From Hypanus sabinus (taxonomy: Eukaryota), in assembly GCF_030144855.1 (NCBI RefSeq), contig NC_082710.1:149420001-149484000 (forward strand): 64,000 nt of DNA, given 5' to 3'. A model generated the notes under the pieces. It worked only from the letters and a program-made list of their open reading frames with translations. It did no database searches and was not told the origin of the DNA. Below are positions 32,250-45,500 of the stretch, piece by piece. Every line of letters starts with the position of its first letter. The stretch's first letter is position 1. The translations under genes and the position numbers were made by a program.

Positions 32250-35200
32250 AATGTGGCCCTCACCCTGAAACACCTCTTCCTTTGTGGTTCCATCAGTTTT
32301 GGTGTGAATCGCAGGGGGTTTTTTTAGCCACAAGAGTCGCTTTATTCAGAAATAATTCAGTATAAAGTTATTTACAAAGACCATTAGTTGACTCTGATGC
32401 TCTGTCTATTTGTGTCCTCCAGTTAGCGCAAAGGGTGTTTTACAGCGGTATCTTTATTTTTGGCTAACTCGCCTTAAATTGCGCGAATGCACTGAATGAA
32501 ATCAAAGGTTCGTGCAAAATGACCAGGCAGGGAGCAATCAGAGGTGAAGAGGGCAAAGGTTCACGGACCATGTGATCTCAGCTCTTCACAGCCTATTGGC
32601 TGAGATCAGGTGTTCTTATCAGAGCGCAGCTGCACCAAGTCTTCATTTAGGATTGAGAACGAAAGCGACGCAGGGCGGTGATGGAAGACGATGGCGGGAC
32701 AGATCAGCGGATCGGTGATAAAGGCTGAGGAGTGCAGCGCTACGACTTGCGGGGTGGGAATACAGAACGCAGTCGGATTGAGCGTCCGACTTTAGCAGGT
32801 ACTCTGGTCAACGGAGATAATACGTCCCCAATGTCGCCCTCTCCCTGAGAGACGACTTCCTATGTGATTCCATGAGGTTTTGTGTTGACCGCCGAGCTTT
32901 TAGCCCAAAAAAAGTCCTATCTTCAAAAATATTCCAAATTAATGATATTTACAAAAACCATTAGTTGACACTCATGCACAGTCTGGTTGTCTATCACCTC
33001 CACAGCGCAAACAGTGCATGTCAGCGGCATTTTTTTGCTAAATCGCCTTAGAATGCGCTGAGATACAGAATGAAGGCAAGGCGAGTACTTCCGAAGCAGG
33101 CAGGGCATCTAACAGTGGTAAGGAGGGCAAAGGTTCACGGACCAGGCGACCTCAGCTTTTCTCGGCTTTTTGGCTGAGATCAGGCGTTCTTCTTAGAGCG
33201 CAGCTATAACAAGTGTTCTTATTAGGACACAGAAAGAATGCGACGCAGGGCAGCGATGGAAAGAAGGATCGGTGAAGAAGGCGGTGAGAGCAGGGCTTCG
33301 ACTTGCCGGGCTGGAATGCAAAACGCTGTATGATGTTGTCCGAGGTTAGAAAACTTACCCAGGAGAACGTGTAATAAACGTACCCAATGTCGCCCTCACA
33401 TTGAGAAACCTCTTCCAATGTGGCTGTATCATGTGTGTGGATCCCAGGTTCTTTTTGCCCAAAAATATACTTTATTCAGAAATACCTCAAAATAAATTTA
33501 TTTGTAAAACCCATTTGTTTACTCTGATGCTCTGTCTGTTTGTGACCTGCAGTGAGGGCAAAGTGTGCTGTGCAGCGCCATTTTGTTTGGCGAAATCGCA
33601 TTAAAATGCAGGAACGTATTGAAATAAAGCAAAGGTTGGTGCTACCTTATCTGGCAGGGAGCAGTCAATCATCAGGAGTGCATGGGATCCTGGGCCAGTC
33701 GATCTCAGACCTTCTCGGCATTTTGGCTGAGAGCAGGCGTTCTTCTTAGAGCGCAGCTATAACAAGTGTTCTCAATAGGACACAGAAAGAATGCGACGCA
33801 GGGCAGCGATGGAAAGAAGGATCGGTGAAGAAAGCGGTGAGAGCAGTGCTTCGACTTGCCGGGCTGGAATGCAGAACGCTGTATGATGGTGTCCGAGGTT
33901 AGAAAACTTACCCAGGAGAACGTGTAATAAACGTACCCAATGTCGCCCTCACATTGAGAGACCTCGTCTTATGCGGCTGTGTCATGTAGTGTGTGGATCC
34001 CAGGTTGTTTTAGCCCCAAACTACACTTTATTCAGAAATACCTCAAAATAAATTTATTTACAAAAACCATTTGTTTACTCTGATGCTCTGTCTGCTTGGG
34101 ACCTCCTGTGAGCGCAAAGTGTGCTGTGCAGCGCCATTTTGTTTGGCTAAATCGCATTACAATACACTAACGTATTGAAATAAAGCAAAGATTAGTGCAA
34201 ACTAATCTGGCAGGGAGCTGTCAATCATCAGGAGTGCATGGGGTCCTGGGCCAGTCGATCTCAGCGCTTCTCGGCATTTTCGCTGAGATCAGGCGTTCTT
34301 ATTAGAGCAGAGCTATGCCAAGTGTTCATATTAGGACACAGAGAGGAAGCCAGCCAGAGCGGCTATGCATGAAAGGATCGGTGAAAAAGGCGGGGAGAGC
34401 AGTGCTTCGACTTGCGGGACAGGAAACCAAAACGCTGTAAGATTAGGTGTCCGAGGTTAGACAACGTACCTTGGACAACGGGTAATAAACTTACTCAATG
34501 TGGCCCTCACCCTGAAACATCTCTTCCTTTGTGGTTCCATCAGTTTTGGTGTGAATCGCAGGGTTTTTTTTAGCCACAAGAGTCGCTTTATTCAGAAATA
34601 ATTCAGTATAAAGTTATGTACAAAGACCATTAGTTGACTCTGATGCTCTGTCTGTTTGTGTCCTCCAGTTAGCGCAAAGGATGTTTTACAGCGGTATCTT
34701 TATTTTTGGCTAACTCGCCTTAAATTGCGCGAATGCACTGAATGAAATCAAAGGTTCGTGCAAAATGACCAGGCAGGGAGCAATCAGAGGTGAAGAGGGC
34801 AAAGGTTCGCGGACCATGTGATCTCAGCTCTTCACAGCCTATTGGCTGAGATCAGGCGTTCTTATCAGAGCGCAGCTACACCAAGTCTTCATTTAGGGTT
34901 GAGAACGAAAGCGACGCAGGGCGGTGATGGAAGACGATGGCGGGACAGATCAGCGGATCGGTGATGAAGGCTGAGGAGTGCAGCGCTACTACTTGCGGGG
35001 TGGGAATACAGAACGCGGTCGGATTGAGCGTCCGACTTTAGCAGGTACTCTGGTCAACGGAGATAATACGTCCCCAATGTCGCCCTCTCCCTGAGAGACG
35101 ACTTCTTATGTGATTCCATGAGGTTTTGTGTTGACCGCCGAGCTTTTAGCCCAAAAAAGTCCGACCTTCAAAAATATTCCAAATTAATGATATTTACAAA

Positions 35201-38200
35201 AACCATTAGTTGACACTCATGCACTGTCTGGTTGTCTATCACCTCCACAGCGCAAACAGTGCAAGACAGCGGCATTTTTTTTTTGCTAAATCACCTTAAA
35301 ATGCGCTGAAATACATAATGAAGGCAAGGAGAGTACTTCCGAAGCAGGCAGGGCAACTAACAGTGGTAAGGGGAGCAAAGGTTCACGGACCAGGCGACCT
35401 CAGCTTTTCTCGGCCTTTTGGCTGAGATCAGGCGTTCTTCTTAGAGCGCAGCTATAACAAGTGTTCTTATTAGGACACAGAAATGATGCGACGCAGGGCA
35501 GCGATGGAAAGAAGGATCGGTGAAGAAGGCGGTGAGAGCAGGGCTTCGACTTGCCGGGCTGGAATGCAGAACGCTGTATGATGGTGTCCGAGGTTAGAAA
35601 GCTTACCCAGGAGAACGTGTAATAAACGTACCCAATGTCGCCCTCACATTGAGAAACCTCTTCCAATGTGGCTGTATCATGTGTGTGGATCCCAGGTTCT
35701 TTTTGCCCAAAAATATACTTTATTCAGAAATACCTCAAAATAAATTTATTTGTAAAACCCATTTGTTTACTCTGATGCTCTGTCTGTTTGTGACCTGCAG
35801 TGAGGGCAAAGTGTGCTGTGCAGCGGCATTTTGTTTGGCGAAATCGCATTAAAATGCAGGAACGTATTGAAATAAAGCAAAGGTTGGTGCTACCTTATCT
35901 GGCAGGGAGCAGTCAATCATCAGGAGTGCATGGGATCCTGGGCCAGTCGATCTCAGACCTTCTCGGCATTTTGGCTGAGAGCAGGCGTTCTTCTTAGAGC
36001 GCAGCTATAACAAGTGTTCTCAATAGGACACAGAAAGAATGCGACGCAGGGCAGCGATGGAAAGAAGGATCGGTGAAGAAAGCGGTGAGAGCAGTGCTTC
36101 GACTTGCCGGGCTGGAATGCAGAACGCTGTATGATGGTGTCCGAGGTTAGAAAACTTACCCAGGAGAACGTGTAATAAACGTACCCAATGTCGCCCTCAC
36201 ATTGAGAGACCTCGTCTTATGCGGCTGTGTCATGTAGTGTGTGGATCCCAGGTTGTTTTAGCCCCAAACTACACTTTATTCAGAAATACCTCAAAATAAA
36301 TTTATTTACAAAAACCATTTGTTTACTCTGATGCTCTGTCTGCTTGGGACCTCCTGTGAGCGCAAAGTGTGCTGTGCAGCGCCATTTTGTTTGGCTAAAT
36401 CGCATTACAATACACTAACGTATTGAAATAAAGCAAAGATTAGTGCAAACTAATCTGGCAGGGAGCTGTCAATCATCAGGAGTGCATGGGGTCCTGGGCC
36501 AGTCGATCTCAGCGCTTCTCGGCATTTTCGCTGAGATCAGGCGTTCTTATTAGAGCAGAGCTATGCCAAGTGTTCATATTAGGACACAGAGAGGAAGCCA
36601 GCCAGAGCGGCTATGCATGAAAGGATCGGTGAAAAAGGCGGGGAGAGCAGTGCTTCGACTTGCGGGACAGGAAACCAAAACGCTGTAAGATTAGGTGTCC
36701 GAGGTTAGACAACGTACCTTGGACAACGGGTAATAAACTTACTCAATGTGGCCCTCACCCTGAAACATCTCTTCCTTTGTGGTTCCATCAGTTTTGGTGT
36801 GAATCGCAGGGTTTTTTTTAGCCACAAGAGTCGCTTTATTCAGAAATAATTCAGTATAAAGTTATTTACAAAGACCATTAGTTGACTCTGATGCTCTGTC
36901 TGTTTGTGTCCTCCAGTTAGCGCAAAGGATGTTTTACAGCGGTATCTTTATTTTTGGCTAACTCGCCTTAAATTGCGCGAATGCACTGAATGAAATCAAA
37001 GGTTCGTGCAAAATGACCAGGCAGGGAGCAATCAGAGGTGAAGAGGGCAAAGGTTCGCGGACCATGTGATCTCAGCTCTTCAAAGCCTATTGGCTGAGAT
37101 CAGGCGTTCTTATCAGAGCGCAGCTACACCAAGTCTTCATTTAGGGTTGAGAACGAAAGCGACGCAGGGCGGTGATGGAAGACGATGGCGGGACAGATCA
37201 GCGGATCGGTGATGAAGGCTGAGGAGTGCAGTGCTACTACTTGCGGGGTGGGAATACAGAACGCGGTCGGATTGAGCGTCCGACTTTAGCAGGTACTCTG
37301 GTCAACGGAGATAATACGTCCCCAATGTCGCCCTCTCCCTGAGAGACGACTTCTTATGTGATTCCATGAGGTTTTGTGTTGACCGCCGAGCTTTTAGCCC
37401 AAAAAAGTCCGACCTTCAAAAATATTCCAAATTAATGATATTTACAAAAACCATTAGTTGACACTCATGCACTGTCTGGTTGTCTATCACCTCCACAGCG
37501 CAAACAGTGCAAGACAGCGGCATTTTTTTTTTGCTAAATCACCTTAAAATGCGCTGGAATACATAATGAAGGCAAGGAGAGTACTTCCGAAGCAGGCAGG
37601 GCAACTAACAGTGGTAAGGGGAGCAAAGGTTCACGGACCAGGCGACCTCAGCTTTTCTTGGCCTTTTGGCTGAGATCAGGCGTTCTTCTTAGAGCGCAGC
37701 TATAACAAGTGTTCTTATTAGGACACAGAAATGATGCGACGCAGGGCAGCGATGGAAAGAAGGATCGGTGAAGAAGGCGGTGAGAGCAGGGCTTCGACTT
37801 GCCGGGCTGGAATGCAGAACGCTGTATGATGGTGTCCGAGGTTAGAAAGCTTACCCAGGAGAACGTGTAATAAACGTACCCAATGTCGCCCTCACATTGA
37901 GAAACCTCTTCCAATGTGGCTGTATCATGTGTGTGGATCCCAGGTTCTTTTTGCCCAAAAATATACTTTATTCAGAAATACCTCAAAATAAATTTATTTG
38001 TAAAACCCATTTGTTTCCTCTGATGCTCTGTCTGTTTGTGACCTGCAGTGAGCGCAAAGTGTGCTGTGCAGCGGCATTTTGTTTGGCTAAATCGCATTAA
38101 AATGCACTAACGTATTGAAATAAAGCAAAGGTTGGTGCTACCTTATCTGGCAGGGAGCAGTCAATCATCAGGAGTGCATGGGATCCTGGGCCAGTCGATC

Positions 38201-39571
38201 TCAGACCTTCTCGGCATTTTGGCTGAGAGCAGGCGTTCTTCTTAGAGCGCAGCTATAACAAGTGTTCTCAATAGGACACAGAAAGAATGCGACGCAGGGC
38301 AGCGATGGAAAGAAGGATCGGTGAAGAAAGCGGTGAGAGCAGTGCTTCGACTTGCCGGGCTGGAATGCAGAACGCTGTATGATGGTGTCCGAGGTTAGAA
38401 AACTTACCCAGGAGAACGTGTAATAAACGTACCCAATGTCGCCCTCACATTGAGAGACCTCGTCTTATGCGGCTGTGTCATGTAGTGTGTGGATCCCAGG
38501 TTGTTTTAGCCCCAAACTACACTTTATTCAGAAATACCTCAAAATAAATTTATTTACAAAAACCATTTGTTTACTCTGATGCTCTGTCTGCTTGGGACCT
38601 CCTGTGAGCGCAAAGTGTGCTGTGCAGCGCCATTTTGTTTGGCTAAATCGCATTACAATACACTAACGTATTGAAATAAAGCAAAGATTAGTGCAAACTA
38701 ATCTGGCAGGGAGCTGTCAATCATCAGGAGTGCATGGGGTCCTGGGCCAGTCGATCTCAGCGCTTCTCGGCATTTTCGCTGAGATCAGGCGTTCTTATTA
38801 GAGCAGAGCTATGCCAAGTGTTCATATTAGGACACAGAGAGGAAGCCAGCCAGAGCGGCTATGCATGAAAGGATCGGTGAAAAAGGCGGGGAGAGCAGTG
38901 CTTCGACTTGCGGGACAGGAAACCAAAACGCTGTAAGATTAGGTGTCCGAGGTTAGACAACGTACCTTGGACAACGGGTAATAAACTTACTCAATGTGGC
39001 CCTCACCCTGAAACATCTCTTCCTTTGTGGTTCCATCAGTTTTGGTGTGAATCGCAGGGTTTTTTTTAGCCACAAGAGTCGCTTTATTCAGAAATAATTC
39101 AGTATAAAGTTATTTACAAAGACCATTAGTTGACTCTGATGCTCTGTCTGTTTGTGTCCTCCAGTTAGCGCAAAGGATGTTTTACAGCGGTATCTTTATT
39201 TTTGGCTAACTCGCCTTAAATTGCACGAATGCACTGAATGAAATCAAAGGTTCGTGCAAAATGACCAGGCAGGGAGCAATCAGAGGTGAAGAGGGCAAAG
39301 GTTCGCGGACCATGTGATCTCAGCTCTTCACAGCCTATTGGCTGAGATCAGGCGTTCTTATCAGAGCGCAGCTACACCAAGTCTTCATTTAGGGTTGAGA
39401 ACGAAAGCGACGCAGGGCGGTGATGGAAGACGATGGCGGGACAGATCAGCGGATCGGTGATGAAGGCTGAGGAGTGCAGCGCTACGACTTGCGGGGTGGG
39501 AATACAGAACGCGGTCGGATTGAGCGTCCGACTTTAGCAGGTACTCTGGTCAACGGAGATAATACGTCCCC
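32250..39571 (+). repeat. 4-mer higher-order repeat, 2248 bp (579+558+553+558), about 3.3 copies
   Basis: Anchors 33386/35634/37882 and 35076/37324/39572 are exactly 2248 apart. ORF-track duplicates at 33152, 35400, 37648 and 39896 agree. Confidence 0.95.
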
Positions 39572-42500
39572 AATGTCGCCCTCTCCCTGAGAGACGACTT
39601 CTTATGTGATTCCATGAGGTTTTGTGTTGACCGCCGAGCTTTTAGCCCAAAAAAGTCCGACCTTCAAAAATATTCCAAATTAATGATATTTACAAAAACC
39701 ATTAGTTGACACTCATGCACTGTCTGGTTGTCTATCACCTCCACAGCGCAAACAGTGCAAGACAGCGGCATTTTTTTTTTGCTAAATCACCTTAAAATGC
39801 GCTGGAATACATAATGAAGGCAAGGAGAGTACTTCCGAAGCAGGCAGGGCAACTAACAGTGGTAAGGGGAGCAAAGGTTCACGGACCAGGCGACCTCAGC
39901 TTTTCTTGGCCTTTTGGCTGAGATCAGGCGTTCTTCTTAGAGCGCAGCTATAACAGGTGTTCTTATTAGGACACAGAGAGAAAGCGAGCCAGAGCGGCGA
40001 TGGAAAGAAGGATCGGTGAAGAAGGCGGGGAGAGCAGTGCTTCGATTTGAGGGACTGGAAACCAAAACGCTGTAAGGGTAGGTGTCCTAGATTACAAAAC
40101 ATTTCTTTGCTAAATCACCTGAAAATGCGCTAAAATACAGAATGAAGGCAAGGAGAGTACTTCCGAAGCAGGCAGGGCGCTATCAGTGGTCAGGAGGGCA
40201 AAGGTTACCGGACCAGGCGACCTCAGCTTTTCTCGGCTTTTTCGCTGAAGTCAGGCGTTCTTCTTAGAGCGCAGCTATAACAAGTGTTCTTATTAGGACA
40301 CAGAAAGAATGCGACGCAGGGCGACGATGGAAAGAAGGCGGTGAGAGCAGTGCTTCGACTTGCCGGGCTGGAATGCAGAACGCTGTATGATGGTGTCCGA
40401 GGTTAGAAAGCTTACCCAGGAGAACGTGTAATAAACGTACCCAATGTCGCCCTCACATTGAGAGACCTCGTCCTATGCGGCTGTATCATGCAGTGTGTGG
40501 ATCCCAGGTTGTTTTAGCCCAAAACTACACTTTATTCAGAAATACATCAAAATAAATTTATTTACAAAAACCATTTGTTTACTCTGAAGCTCTGTCTGTT
40601 TGTGACATCCATTGAGCGCAAAGTGTGCTGTGCAGCGGCATTTTGTTTGGCTAAATCGCATTGCAATACACTAACGTATTGAAATAAAGCAAAGATTGGT
40701 GCAAACTAATCTGGCAGGGAGCTGTCAATCATCAGGAGTGCATGGGGTCCTGGGCCAGTCGATCTCAGCGCTTCTCGGCATTTTCGCTGAGATCAGGCGT
40801 TCTTATTAGAGCAGAGCTATGCCAAGTGTTCATATTAGGACACAGAGAGGAAGCGAGCCAGAGCGGCGATGCATGAAAGGATCGATGAAAAAGGCGGGGA
40901 GAGCAGTGCTTCGACTTGCGGGACAGGAAACCAAAACGCTGTAAGATTAGGTGTCCGAGGTGAGACAACGTACCTTGGACAACGGGTAATAAACTTACTC
41001 AATGTGGCCCTCACCCTGAAACATCTCTTCCTTTGTGGTTCCATCAGTTTTGGTGTGAATCGCAGGTTTTCTTTTTTAGCCACAAGAGTCGCTTTATTCA
41101 GAAATAATTCAGTATAAAGTTATTTACAAAGACCATTAGTTGACTCTGATGCTCTGTCTGTTTGTGTCCTCCAGTTAGCGCAAAGGATGTTTTACAGCGG
41201 TATCTTTATTTTTGGCTAACTCGCCTTAAATTGCGCGAATGCACTGAAAGGTTCGTGCGAAATGACAGGGCAGGGAGCAATCAGAGGTGAAGAGGGCAAA
41301 GGTTCACGGACCATGTGATCTCAGCTCTTCACAGCCTATTGGCTGAGATCAGGCGTTCTTATCAGAGCGCAGCTACACCAAGTCTTCACTTAGGATTGAG
41401 AACGAAGGCGACGCAGGGCGGTGATGGAAGACGATGGCGGGACAGATCAGCGGATCGGTGATAAAAGCTGAGGAGTGCAGCGCTACGACTTGCGGGCTGG
41501 GAATACAGAACGCGGTCGGATTGAGCGTCCGACTTTAGCAGGTACGCTGGTCAACGGAGATGATACATCCCCAATGTCGCCCTCTCCCTGAGAGACGACT
41601 TCCTATGTGATTCCATGAGGTTTTGTGTTGACCGCCGAGTTTTTAGCCCAAAAAAAGTCCTATCTTCAAAAATATTCCAAATTAATGATATTTACAAAAA
41701 CCATTAGTTGACACTCATGCACAGTCTGGTTGTCTATCACCTCCACAGCGCAAACAGTGCATGACAGCGGCATTTTTTTTTGCTAAATCGCCTTAGAATG
41801 CGCTGAGATACAGAATGAAGGCAAGGTTAGTACTTCCTAATCAGGCAGGGCAACTAACAGTGGTAAGGAGGGCAAAGGTTCACGGACCAGGCGACCTCAG
41901 CTTTTCTTGGACTTTTGGCTGAGATCAGGCGTTCTTCTTACAGCGCAGCTATAACAAGTGTTCTTATTAGGACACAGAAATGATGCGACGCAGGGCAGCG
42001 ATGGAAAGAAGGATCGGTGAAGAAGGCGGTGAGAGCAGGGCTTCGACTTGCCGGGCTGGAATGCAGAACGCTGTATGATGTTGTCCGAGGTTAGAAAACT
42101 TACCCAGGAGAACGTTTAATAAACGTACCCAATGTCGGCCTCGCATTGAGAGACCTCTTCCAATGTGGCTGCATCATGTTGTGTGTGTATCCCAGGTTCT
42201 TTTCGCCACAAAATACACTTTATTCAGAAATACCTCAAAATAAATTTATTTACAAAAACCATTTGTTTACTCTGATGCTCTGTCTGCTTGGGACCTCCTG
42301 TGAGCGCAAAGTGTGCTGTGCAGCGCCATTTCGTTTGGCTAAATCGCATTAAAATGCAGGAACGTATTGAAATAAAGCAAGGGATGGTTCTAACTAATCT
42401 GGCAGGGAGCTGCCGATCATCAGGAGTGCAAGGGTTTCTGGGCCAGTCGATCTCAGACCTTCTCGGCAATTTGCCTGAGATCAGGCGTTCTTATTAGAGC

Positions 42501-45500
42501 GCAGCTATAGCAGGTGTTCTTATTAGGACTCAGAGAGGAAGCGACGCAGAGCGGGGATGGAAGAAAGGATAGGTGAAAGAGGCGTGGAGAGCAGTGCTTC
42601 GACTTGAGGGACTGGAAACCACAGCGCTGTAAGGGTAGGTGTCCGAGATTACAAAACGTTCCTTGGACAACGGGTAATAAACGTACCCAGTGTCGCCCTC
42701 ACATTGAGAAACCTCTTCCCACGTGGCTGTATCATGTGTGTGGATCCCAGGTTCTTTTAGCTCAAAAACACACTTTATTCAGAAATACCTCAAAATAAAT
42801 TTATTTACAAAAACCATTTGTTTACCCTGATGCTCTGTCTGCTTGTGACATCTAATGAGCGCAAAGTGTGCTGTGCAGCGGCATTTTGTTTGGCTAAATC
42901 GCATTTAAGTACACTAACGTAGTGAAATAAAGCAAAGATTGTTGCAAACTAATCTGGCAGGGTGCTGTCAATCATCAGGAGTGCATGGGGTCCTGGGCCA
43001 GTCGATCTTAGTCCTTCTTGGCATTTTGGCTGATATCAGGCGTTCTTATTAGAGCGCAGCTATAACAGGTGTTCTTATTAGGACACAGAGAGGAAGCGAC
43101 GCAGAGCGGCGATGGAAGAAAGGATCGGTGAAAGAGGCGGGGAGAGCAGTGCTTCGACTTGAGGGACTGGAAAACACAGCGCTGTAAGGGTAGGTGTCCT
43201 AGATTAGAAAACGTTCCTTGGAGAACGGGTAATTAACGGGTAACCCAATGTAGACCTCACCTTGAGAGACCTCTTCCTTTGCGGATGCATCAGTTTTGGT
43301 GTGAATCGCAGGTTTTTCTAGCCACAAAATACACTTTATGCAGAAATATTTCAAAATAAAGTTAATTACAAACACCATTAGTAGACCCTGATGCACTGTC
43401 TGGTTGAGTCCTCCAGTTAGCGCAAAGGGTGTTTTACAGCGGCGTTTTTTTTTGCTAAATCGGCTTAAAATGCGCTAATGTATTGAATGAAATCAAAGGT
43501 TCGTGCGAAATGACCGGGCAGGGAGCAATCAGAGGTGAAGAGGGCAAAGGTTCGCGGACCATGTGATCTCAGCTCTTCACAGCCTATTGGCTGAGATCAG
43601 GCGTTCTTATCAGAGCGCAGCTACACCAAGTCTTCATTTAGGATTGAGAACGAAAGCGACGCAGGGCGGTGATGGAAGACGATGGCGGGACAGATCAGCG
43701 GATCGGTGATAAAAGCTGAGGAGTGCAGCGCTACGACTTGCGGGGTGGGAATACAGAATGCAGTCGGATTGAGCGTCCGACTTAAGCAGGTACTCTGGTC
43801 AACGGAGATAATACGTCTCCAATGTCGCCCTCTCTCTGAGAGACGACTTCCTATGTGATTCCATGAGGTATTGTGTTGACCGCAGAGCTTTTAGCCCAAA
43901 AAAGTCCTATCTTCAAAAATATTCCAAATTAATGTTATTTACAAAAACCATTAGTTGACACTCATGCACTGTCTGGTTGTCTGTCACCTCCACTGAGCGC
44001 AAACAGTGCATGACAGCGGCATTGTTTTGCTAAATCACCTGAAAATGCGCTAAAATACAGAATGAAGGCAAGGATAGTACTTCCGAAGCAGGCAGGGCAT
44101 CTAACAGTGGTAAGGAGGGCAAAGGTTCACGGACCAGGCGACCTCAGCTTTTCTCGGCTTTTTCGCTCAAGTCAGGCGTTCTTCTTAGAGCGCAGCTATA
44201 ACAAGTGTTCTTATTAGGACACAGAAAGAATGCGACGCAGGGCGGCGATGGAAAGAAGGCGGTGAGAGCAGTGCTTCGACTTGCCGGGCCGGAATGCGGA
44301 ACGCTGTATGATGGTGTCCGAGGTTAGAAAGCTTACCCAGGAGAACGTGTAATAAACGTACCCAATGTCGCCCTCACATTGAGGAACCTCTTCCTACGTG
44401 GCTGTATCATGTTGTGTGTGGATTCCAGGTTCTTTTTCCCAAAAATACACTTTATTCAGAAATACCTCAAAATAAATTTATTTGCAAAACCCATTTGTTT
44501 CCTCTGATGCTCTGTCTGTTTGTGACCTGCAGTGAGGGCAAAGTGTGCTGTGCAGCGCCATTTTGTTTGGCTAAATCGCATTAAAATGCAGGAACGTATT
44601 GAAATAAAGCAAGGGTTGGTTCTAACTAAACTGGCCGGGAGCTGCCAATCATCAGGAGTGCATGGGTTTCTGGGCCAGTCGATCGCAGACCTTCTCGGCA
44701 ATTTGGCTGAGATCAGGCGTTCTTATTAGAGCAGAGCTATGCCAAGTGTTCTTATTAGGACACAGAGAGGAAGCGACGCAGAGCGCCGATGGAAAAACGG
44801 ATCGGTGAAAGAGGCGGGGAGAGCAGTGCTTCGATTTGAGGGACTGGAAACCAAAACGCTGTAAGGGTAGGTGTCCTAGATTAGAAAACGTTCCTTGGTG
44901 AACGGGTAATTAAGGTACCCAATGTCGCCCTCACACTGGGAGACCACTTCTTTTGCGGATGCATCAGTTTTGGTGTGAATCGCAGGTTTTTCTAGCCACA
45001 AAATACAATTTATGCAGAAATATTTCAAAATAAAGTTAATTACAAACACCATTAGTAGTCCCTGATGCTCTGTCTGGTTGTGTCCTCCAGTTAGCGCAAA
45101 GGGTGTTTTACAGCGGCGTTTTTTTTTGCTAAATCGGCTTAAAATGCGCTAATGTATTGAATGAAATCAAAGGTTCGTGCGAAATGACCGGGCAGGGAGC
45201 AATCAGAGGTGAAGAGGGCAAAGGTTCGCGGACCATGTGATCTCAGCTCTTCACAGCCTATTGGCTGAGATCAGGCGTTCTTATCAGAGCGCAGCTACAC
45301 CAAGTCTTCATTTAGGATTCAGAACGAAAGCGACGCAGGGCGGTGATGGAAGACGATGGCGGGGCAGATCAGCGGATCGGTGATAAAAGCTGAGGAGTGC
45401 AGCGCTACGACTTGCGGGGTGGGAATACAGAACGCAGTCGGATTGAGCGTCCGACTTAAGCAGGTACTCTGGTCAACGGAGATAATACGTCCCCAATGTC

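Noticed and set aside
32722-32770. CTGAGGA (hammerhead CUGANGA) in satellite monomers
   Set aside because: No GAAA follows a stem II at the right distance, and stems I and III cannot be formed.
33297-33312. CENP-B box-like TTCG...CGGG in monomers (cttcgacttgccgggc)
   Set aside because: The spacing is 5-6 nt rather than the required 7, and the central A is absent.
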